The notes beneath the pieces were generated by a model. It worked only from the letters and a program-made list of their open reading frames with translations, had not been told where the DNA came from and did not search any database. A program made the translations under genes and the position numbers. Shown here one piece after another: positions 58,033 through 64,000 of a stretch of 64,000 bases of DNA (its first letter is position 1; each line of letters begins with the position of its first letter). This stretch comes from an uncultured Bacilli bacterium (lineage in GTDB: Bacteria; Bacillota_I; Bacilli_A; RF39; UBA660), in the NCBI GenBank assembly GCA_934167825.1, contig CAKPLY010000001.1, positions 70,850 through 134,849 on the forward strand, given 5' to 3'.

Positions 58033-58062
58033 GTCCCACGGAGGCTCGTTCCTCCATGGGAC
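58033..58062 (-). promoter_or_regulatory. conserved 12-bp stem hairpin just 3' of the 537-aa gene, copy A
   Basis: On the minus strand GTCCCATGGAGG-AACGAG-CCTCCGTGGGAC. It differs from copy B by a compensatory G-C to A-T pair change and has the same G.U position. No T-run follows. Confidence 0.6.
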
Positions 58063-58078
58063 TTGTTTAATAAACATT

Positions 58079-59692
58079 TTATACTGCTAGTATGTATGGG
58101 TCACTTATAGTTCCGCTTCCTTTCTCAATACTGATTATAGATTTTAGATAGAAGGTTGGACGGACAACGTAGCCATAGTACGCGAAATTAGGGTAGACAT
58201 TCCCAGTGTATTGAATGCAGATGACGTGATTGGCGCCAGTAGAGTGTGGTGTTATTGTCCATTCATATCCTTTATATAACCAGTTTTTATTTCCGTAATA
58301 TAGTGATGATGCTGTAGTTGTTGCGGTATCTGCAAAATAACTACTAGCATATAGATAATCTGATACATACATTAATCCAATATTTGCAGTTGTAGTAGAA
58401 TCATATGTTCCATTATTGGCACTCATACAGCTTGTGGTGTCTGTACTTAATCCTCTTTCACACAAGTAAAAATTTTGTTTACTATACTCATTACTTCTAT
58501 ATCCTTTTAGATACCATGCTACTTCTTCAATATAATTTCTATAAGTATCATTTATTCCATATCCTACTATATCACTGCAAGAAAATGTTTTGTAATCGTT
58601 ATTATTAAAGTAATATGTCCAGTTACTACATGCCCCATAAGTGGAAGAAGTGTTAATTTTATTATAGAAGTATTCATTTAATATAACGTTTGCACTCGCT
58701 TTTACTCCTGTAGTATTTCCTGTCCAATCGTTTGAATATCCAGAGTATGTACCTGAAGAGTTTGTGGTATTATACGCTCCCCAAGCACCTGCATACAATG
58801 GATTTGCCATGATCAGTTTGATTAAGTATTCTCCTTCTCTACCATGAGAGTTAGAATCAAATACTCCTATTATTCTATATAGATCATTATTAAATGATAC
58901 GTAATTATTTGGTTCCGCTCCACGATATCTATAGTCGTGATATTTAGTTTCTCCGTTTTCAGTGTAGGAGTTTGTTGCACATACTCCTGTACCTCCAGCA
59001 GCACACGCTGAAGTGGAAGCAAGATTCATTATGGTTTTAGATGCTGTAAGAGGTCTTACAAGGGCTTTTTTACTTTTAGTAGATAATTCTATTTTGATAT
59101 TACCACTTATTGTTTTACCCATTAAACTAGAGATATCTTGGTCTATAGTACAAGTAGTTACATCTCCAGTACATTCTTCACTTATCCAAATAAATAATGT
59201 ATAAGAGTCTGCAGTACTAGAGTTAGATGGTAAATCTTGTTGTATTGGAGTAAGTACCATTCTCTTATTGATTTGAGCATCAAAATCATAAGAGAAGTTA
59301 CCACTTGACAATTCAGTATTATTTTTATATAATCTCCATTTTAATAATTTATGATGTGCTAAAGTATCCATAGTTAAATCAGTTAAACTAACATCATAAA
59401 TTATAGGTATATCGGTAGGATTAGAACTAGCACCTTTAACAGTAAAGTTTGCTTTTAATACTTTACTATTTGTAGCACTAGAAGTAATAGTAGTATCTAC
59501 TACGGGTTCTAGTTTACTTGATGGAAGTGTTACACTTCCAGTATAAACTACATTATAATTACCACTACCAATATTAATACCTATATCAGTTCCTGTTGCT
59601 AAAGTATATCCTACATATAAAAGTATTATAAAAGCAAGAATTAGAGCAAATACTTTAATATTATTTTTAATAAATTTATTTATATTTTCCAT
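58079..59692 (-). CDS. anchored surface protein with an N-domain shared with the FGE-like family and a DUF1566-like hypervariable C-terminal patch
   Basis: N-terminal TM helix. The N-domain (LKWRLYKNNTELSSGNF...YTLFIWISE) resembles those of 8223 and 51428. The C-terminal ~300 aa are paralogous to 55968..57038. Divergent patch at 58163-58246. Confidence 0.75.
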   Translation of the reverse strand: MENINKFIKNNIKVFALILAFIILLYVGYTLATGTDIGINIGSGNYNVVYTGSVTLPSSKLEPVVDTTITSSATNSKVLKANFTVKGASSNPTDIPIIYDVSLTDLTMDTLAHHKLLKWRLYKNNTELSSGNFSYDFDAQINKRMVLTPIQQDLPSNSSTADSYTLFIWISEECTGDVTTCTIDQDISSLMGKTISGNIKIELSTKSKKALVRPLTASKTIMNLASTSACAAGGTGVCATNSYTENGETKYHDYRYRGAEPNNYVSFNNDLYRIIGVFDSNSHGREGEYLIKLIMANPLYAGAWGAYNTTNSSGTYSGYSNDWTGNTTGVKASANVILNEYFYNKINTSSTYGACSNWTYYFNNNDYKTFSCSDIVGYGINDTYRNYIEEVAWYLKGYRSNEYSKQNFYLCERGLSTDTTSCMSANNGTYDSTTTANIGLMYVSDYLYASSYFADTATTTASSLYYGNKNWLYKGYEWTITPHSTGANHVICIQYTGNVYPNFAYYGYVVRPTFYLKSIISIEKGSGTISDPYILAV

Positions 59693-59734
59693 AATTTATT
59701 ATCACATACCCTATCTATTTTTATATCTATTAAA

Positions 59735-59763
59735 ATAATACCATATTTTTTATATTATTTCAA
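59735..59763 (-). promoter_or_regulatory. sigmaA-type extended -10 promoter of the 58079 gene
   Basis: On the minus strand TTGAAA (59763-59758), 17-nt spacer ending in TGG, TATTAT (59740-59735). Homologous to the promoter at 7996-8024. Confidence 0.6.
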
Positions 59764-59795
59764 TTATGTTGTGTAAAATATTTTAATAAATTTAA

Positions 59796-59824
59796 AATAA
59801 CGTTGCTAAATGTGCAACGTTATT
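59796..59824 (-). terminator. hairpin terminator downstream of ruvA and the small lipoprotein ORF
   Basis: AATAACGTTGC-7 nt-GCAACGTTATT, a perfect 11-bp stem with A/T-rich flanks. Confidence 0.65.
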
Positions 59825-59830
59825 AGTAAG

Positions 59831-59950
59831 TTATTCTCCATTAATTAGATTACCTATTCTATCTATTTCTTCATTACTTTTATTATCACATCCTGTGATA
59901 GATAAAGTAATAAGAGAGATTAATAGTAATAATATTAGTTTTTTCTTCAT
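59831..59950 (-). CDS. possible 39-aa lipoprotein
   Basis: MKKKLILLLLISLITLSITGCDNKSNEEIDRIGNLINGE with an ITGC lipobox and GGAGTC upstream. Under 60 aa, so absent from the ORF track. Confidence 0.35.
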   Translation of the reverse strand: MKKKLILLLLISLITLSITGCDNKSNEEIDRIGNLINGE

Positions 59951-59961
59951 AATTAGACTCC

Positions 59962-60516
59962 TTATTTTAATAATAGTTTTAATGCTTCTTTTACTTGATC
60001 TTCAAGTGATAAATCACTTCTTACGTTAGGTAAGACTTTTTTAATATCAGCATTTTTATATCCTAGAGAAGTTAATACTTCGATTAATTCATTATTATTA
60101 TTAACTAGATTAATATTATCACTTAGTGTTAGTTTACCTTTTAAATCTAGTATTATTTGTCTTGCAACTTTATCTCCAATTTTAGGGAATTTCTTTAGAT
60201 ATAATATATTTTCTCTATCTATAGCATCAATTATACCATTAATAGAACCTGTTGCAAGTATAGGAAGAGCCATCTTACATCCTAAGCCTTTAACACTAAT
60301 TAATTTTAAGAATAAATCTTTTTCTTCTTTTTCCATAAATCCATATAAAGTATGTTCATCTTCCCCTATTTTTACATATGTATATACTTTATATGTATTA
60401 TTTAATTTATAAGTATATGGATTTGCTACATAGATAGTATATCCTATATCATTATTTTCTAATATTATGTAGTTACATTCTATTTCTGTTACTACTCCTT
60501 TTATATAACCATACAT
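59962..60516 (-). CDS. ruvA: Holliday junction DNA helicase subunit RuvA
   Basis: MYGYIKG.V......YIILENNDIGY.I, LISVKGLGCKMAL, FPKIGDKVARQIILDLKGK. Confidence 0.9.
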   Translation of the reverse strand: MYGYIKGVVTEIECNYIILENNDIGYTIYVANPYTYKLNNTYKVYTYVKIGEDEHTLYGFMEKEEKDLFLKLISVKGLGCKMALPILATGSINGIIDAIDRENILYLKKFPKIGDKVARQIILDLKGKLTLSDNINLVNNNNELIEVLTSLGYKNADIKKVLPNVRSDLSLEDQVKEALKLLLK

Positions 60517-61664
60517 TATTTTAACTCCCTTACATCTTTACTTTTTAAACTTTCTAATAATTTAGTATCTAATATTTCTTTTTTACCATTATTTACATCA
60601 TTAATTGCTTGTTTAATTAATATATCCATTATTTCTCTATAATCTATATTTATATCTTCGAATAGATGATGAGAGAAATATGCTGGTATTACATTTACTT
60701 CGTCTACATATACTTTTTTCTTTTTAGTATTATATAAGAAGTCTACTCTTAATACTCCTTTAGCACAAAGAAGTCTAAATACTTCTTTGGAATACTCACT
60801 TATTTCTTCCATTAGATTTTTAGGATCATATACTGGATATATTTTCTTTACTTTAGGATTATCACTAGTTTCTAGAGTATATTTATCTTGATATGTACAT
60901 ATCATATCTTCGTTTATTATTTCTTCGATACTACTTGTTTGTATTTTATTATATGTTCCTATTACTGCACAATTAAATTCTCTTTTATTTTCTATATATT
61001 CTTCAATTAAGAATCTTTCATCATAATCTATACTTTTTTCTATTGCACTTTCTAGTTCTTCTTTTCTATTAATTATTTCTATTCCTATACTACTTCCAAG
61101 TCTAGATGGTTTTAAGATAAGTGGATAGTCTAATTTATTTATTTTAGAGAATAATTCTTCTTTATTATTTTTATAATCTGTATCATAGAACCATACATAA
61201 TCTGTTACTGGGATGTTATTATTATCTAATAACATCTTAGTAAATATTTTATCTTGTCCTAAAGATGAAGCATATACATCACTACCACAACAAGGTATAC
61301 CTAAAGTTTTTATATAGCCTTGTATAGTACCATCTTCAGTATTTTTACCATGTACTATAGGAAATGCTAAATGTATTTCTTTTACTTCTTTTTTTATACC
61401 ATGTGATTTTTGTAAAATAAATCTACCATCTTTATTTATTAAATTAACTCTAGTAGCATATCTTTCAATTAATCTAAAGTCATTAAATGACTCTATATGT
61501 CTTAGCATACCTCCAGTATACCATACTAAATCTTTAGTAATATATATTGGTACTACTTCGTATTTATCTTTATCAATGTTATCCATTGCTTGAAGGGCAG
61601 TAATTACAGATATTTCATGTTCTACACTTTTACCTCCAAAGATTACTCCAATATTTAATTTCAT
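60516..61664 (-). CDS. D-alanine--D-alanine ligase family ATP-grasp protein (long form)
   Basis: IGVIFGGKSVEHEISV, FPIVHGKNTEDGTIQG, LILKPSRLGSSIG. ATG 61664 after AAGAGGTG. Confidence 0.8.
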   Translation of the reverse strand: MKLNIGVIFGGKSVEHEISVITALQAMDNIDKDKYEVVPIYITKDLVWYTGGMLRHIESFNDFRLIERYATRVNLINKDGRFILQKSHGIKKEVKEIHLAFPIVHGKNTEDGTIQGYIKTLGIPCCGSDVYASSLGQDKIFTKMLLDNNNIPVTDYVWFYDTDYKNNKEELFSKINKLDYPLILKPSRLGSSIGIEIINRKEELESAIEKSIDYDERFLIEEYIENKREFNCAVIGTYNKIQTSSIEEIINEDMICTYQDKYTLETSDNPKVKKIYPVYDPKNLMEEISEYSKEVFRLLCAKGVLRVDFLYNTKKKKVYVDEVNVIPAYFSHHLFEDINIDYREIMDILIKQAINDVNNGKKEILDTKLLESLKSKDVRELK

Positions 61665-61827
61665 TTTAATACACCTCTTATTTACATTATAAAGCATTTT
61701 TATATATTTTTAAAGTAAAAATATATAATTTTACATTTTTAAGAGTTTATTTATTTAAATGCTATAATTTAAATGTTACTTATTTAGCAACTAGAGATAA
61801 TAAAAAGTATGAGATAATATATGTGTG

Positions 61828-61953
61828 GTGATTAGTTATGGATTACGGAAAAATGAACTGGCGACAAATTGTCACCAGTTGAAATTAAAAACAGTGAACG
61901 ATAAATATAGATTAATAGATGTCATTGATATTGAAGGAATGTTTAGATTATAG
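61828..61953 (+). pseudogene. short remnant resembling the central part of Bro-N/DinD-type phage antirepressor proteins
   Basis: A GTG-started 41-codon frame reads VISYGLRKNELATNCHQLKLKTVNDKYRLIDVIDIEGMFRL. The L(A)T.C.QLK......gk.R..DV.d.e..fRLI pattern is as I remember it for DinD/Bro-N. A second partial echo, ETVTNCNCLN, follows. Confidence 0.3.
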
Positions 61954-62046
61954 AAAAGTGAAACCGTTACAAATTGTAACTGTTTAAATTAAAGTCTTTA
62001 GGTGGTAAATACTGGAGATAAAGAAAAATAAATAAGCAAGTTATAC

Positions 62047-63102
62047 TTATTTATTTTTAATTTCTCCTATTAAGTTAGATATATCTGGGAGATAGAATTT
62101 TATTGTAGCAATAATTATTATAGCTACTGGTAAACTTATTACTATACCCCAGAATCCTCCAAGGATACCTCCAGCGAATACTGCGAATATACTTATTAGA
62201 GGGTGTATTTTATTTGTTTTACCATATATTTTAGGGCTTATTACATATCCATCGATAAGTGGGCATATTAGAAGGACACATAGTGTTAATATTAGTAATT
62301 TAGTACTTATAACACTTGCAATTAAAAGTGCTAATATGTCTACTATTAAGGCTCCTACATATGGAATAATTGTTGTAAATGATGCAAGTATTCCAAGTAC
62401 TAGATAGTTAGGATGTCCTATTATAAAGAAGACAAATGTATATTCAAATAATTGTACTATGATGTTTTGTCCTAGTCCTATACAATAGTTTCTTAGTTCG
62501 TTATCTAGTGTTTTTACATATTCATATGTTTTTTTATTAGTAGATTTTAATTTATTTTTTATATATCCTCTTATTTTATCCATATCTATTAGGAAATAGA
62601 CTGCTGCAAATAAGACTATTACTAAGTTTGTTACCACGTTTACTCCGGTATTTACTACGTTTATTGCACCATTAGAGATATAACTTCCTATATTTTTTAT
62701 AATACCACTTGATATATCTGTGATTGATGACTGAAGTACTCCAAGGTTTAATTCATATTTCTTAGAGATATCTGCGACAAATACAGAGATATTACTTAAG
62801 AATAGTAATGTTTGATCATACAACATAGGTACAATTAATATTACTATTGTTGCAATAAATCCTAGTCCTAGTAAGCAAATTATGGCTATACTTAAGTTTT
62901 TATGTAGTCCTAGACGTCTTAGTTTCATTACTAATGGATATAAGGCATAACTTACGGCGAACGCAATAATAAATGGGAAAGTAATAGATAGTATTTTACT
63001 TACTGCGCCAATCCATAAGTCTTTGATTAGATAAATTAATACTATTGTTGCAACAAGTATTAAGATATTTAGTATTTTAAAGTTTACTTTATTTTTATAC
63101 AT
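62047..63102 (-). CDS. AI-2E family transporter (PerM-like permease)
   Basis: Polytopic, about 350 aa, with the C-terminal PLISIFAVFAGGILGGFWGIVISLPV pattern of the family. The start could be 63102 or 63111. Confidence 0.8.
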   Translation of the reverse strand: MYKNKVNFKILNILILVATIVLIYLIKDLWIGAVSKILSITFPFIIAFAVSYALYPLVMKLRRLGLHKNLSIAIICLLGLGFIATIVILIVPMLYDQTLLFLSNISVFVADISKKYELNLGVLQSSITDISSGIIKNIGSYISNGAINVVNTGVNVVTNLVIVLFAAVYFLIDMDKIRGYIKNKLKSTNKKTYEYVKTLDNELRNYCIGLGQNIIVQLFEYTFVFFIIGHPNYLVLGILASFTTIIPYVGALIVDILALLIASVISTKLLILTLCVLLICPLIDGYVISPKIYGKTNKIHPLISIFAVFAGGILGGFWGIVISLPVAIIIIATIKFYLPDISNLIGEIKNK

Positions 63103-63544
63103 TATTACCATCCTTTTCTAGTATTATTGTAATTGGGCCATCATTTATGAAGTCTACTTTCATTTCTGCACCAAAGATACCTGTTTCTACTTTTATTTTT
63201 TCGCTTAACTTTTTATTAAATAAGTCATAAAGTTTTACTGCTTCTTCACCTTTTAGGGCATTTATATAACTTGGTCTATTACCTTTTCTTGAATCAGCAT
63301 ATAGTGTAAACTGACTAACGGATAAGATACTACCACCGTAATCTAGGATATTTTTATTCATTACACCATTTTCATCATCAAATATTCTTAGGTTTATTAT
63401 TTTATTTACCATATAGTCTATTTCTTTTTCGGTATCATTATTAGTAAATCCTACTAATAACATCATACCTTTATCTATTTGTCCTACTACTTTATTATCT
63501 ACTAAGACTTTAGCTTCATTACTTCTTTGTACTACTACTTTCAT
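63095..63544 (-). CDS. dtd: D-aminoacyl-tRNA deacylase
   Basis: MKVVVQR, LLVGF, SQFTLYADSRKGNRPS, GAEMKV.F.NDGP.T. Confidence 0.93.
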   Translation of the reverse strand: MKVVVQRSNEAKVLVDNKVVGQIDKGMMLLVGFTNNDTEKEIDYMVNKIINLRIFDDENGVMNKNILDYGGSILSVSQFTLYADSRKGNRPSYINALKGEEAVKLYDLFNKKLSEKIKVETGIFGAEMKVDFINDGPITIILEKDGNNV

Positions 63545-64000
63545 TAGTTAATATGCCTCCTTACTTTTTTTACAAATTTTAAGTTTTCTAGTTGGTTAAT
63601 ATATTTATTTAATGATTCTAAATCACTTACTAAGACAGTCATGTTATATACTTTATATTCACTTTTATTAATAGTACTTATACTATCTATTGTGATATTA
63701 TTTGTACTAGATAAGGCAATTATATCTAACATATTATCCATAGAATTAGTATATACAATTATGTCTGTTAAATACTTTTTATTTGTTATATTATTCCATT
63801 TTACGTTTACTAGTCTTTCATCTAAGTCTATGATATTTTTACAATTAGTTCTGTGTACTGTGATACCACTACCCTTAGTAATATATCCAATTATATGGTC
63901 TCCAGGGATTGGTTTACAACAGTTACTTATACTTACTTTTATTTCTCCAATACCTTCTACTAAGATATCATTTTTACTTACTATGTTATCTCTTGTTGCA
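63544..64000 (-). CDS. relA: RelA/SpoT-family (p)ppGpp synthetase/hydrolase, C-terminal part (continues beyond the window)
   Basis: The frame stays open from 63741 up to the window end: ...CCKPIPGDHIIGYITKGSGITVHRTNCKNI...VNVKW... followed by an ACT domain. relA-dtd synteny supports the call. Confidence 0.85.
   Translation of the reverse strand, partial: ATRDNIVSKNDILVEGIGEIKVSISNCCKPIPGDHIIGYITKGSGITVHRTNCKNIIDLDERLVNVKWNNITNKKYLTDIIVYTNSMDNMLDIIALSSTNNITIDSISTINKSEYKVYNMTVLVSDLESLNKYINQLENLKFVKKVRRHIN

Overview
AT-rich (by eye about 25-30% G+C) chromosomal segment from an endospore-forming Bacillota. I would guess Clostridia or Erysipelotrichia, but I cannot name the species. Most of the window is housekeeping genes: trmD, ftsA-ftsZ, a spoIIAA-like/sigF-like pair followed by spoVAC-AD-AEb, eno, ireB-ruvX-DUF1292-mltG, spoIIM, mnmA, xerD, rarA, T-box-aspS-tcdA, ttcA-like, tgt, addA-like, pilC-pilD, ddl, tig, greA, trmR plus two U32 (yrrMNO-like) genes, rnj, ruvA, a second ddl-like gene, dtd and the 3' end of relA. 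I recognised no rRNA, tRNA, CRISPR array or intact IS element. Several accessory features stand out. (1) Four membrane-anchored surface proteins from two paralogous families (8223-10139 and 51428-54073; 55968-57038 and 58079-59692) each end in a short adenine-poor patch rich in C-ending codons, on FGE/C-type-lectin-like or DUF1566-like scaffolds. These patches look like variable regions of a diversity-generating retroelement (DGR). Between two of the genes lie a frameshifted MutS-domain-I-like ORF and an intact Avd-like four-helix-bundle gene, but the window contains no reverse transcriptase or template repeat, so this may be a fossil or remotely served DGR. (2) A G10 tract sits inside a mini-ORF between the promoter and a terminator hairpin upstream of the 8223 gene, which may be a phase-variable attenuator. 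(3) A type III toxin-antitoxin locus has 3.3 tandem 38/39-nt RNA repeats, a terminator and a ToxN/AbiQ-family toxin (18.06-18.9 kb). (4) A roughly 180-nt orphan structured RNA gene has its own promoter (about 35.05-35.23 kb, minus strand). (5) An ORF-free region of about 890 bp carries an array of near-palindromic TCGATTYAAATTTGAA boxes (25.7-26.6 kb). (6) Smaller oddities: no spoIIAB, an unknown gene translationally coupled inside the trmR/U32 operon, a ClpX paralog with a novel N-terminal domain coupled to tgt, three small WxxG helical proteins next to a sortase substrate, and a 50-nt element present twice in inverted orientation. All family assignments come from motif recognition by eye and memory. 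No database search was run.
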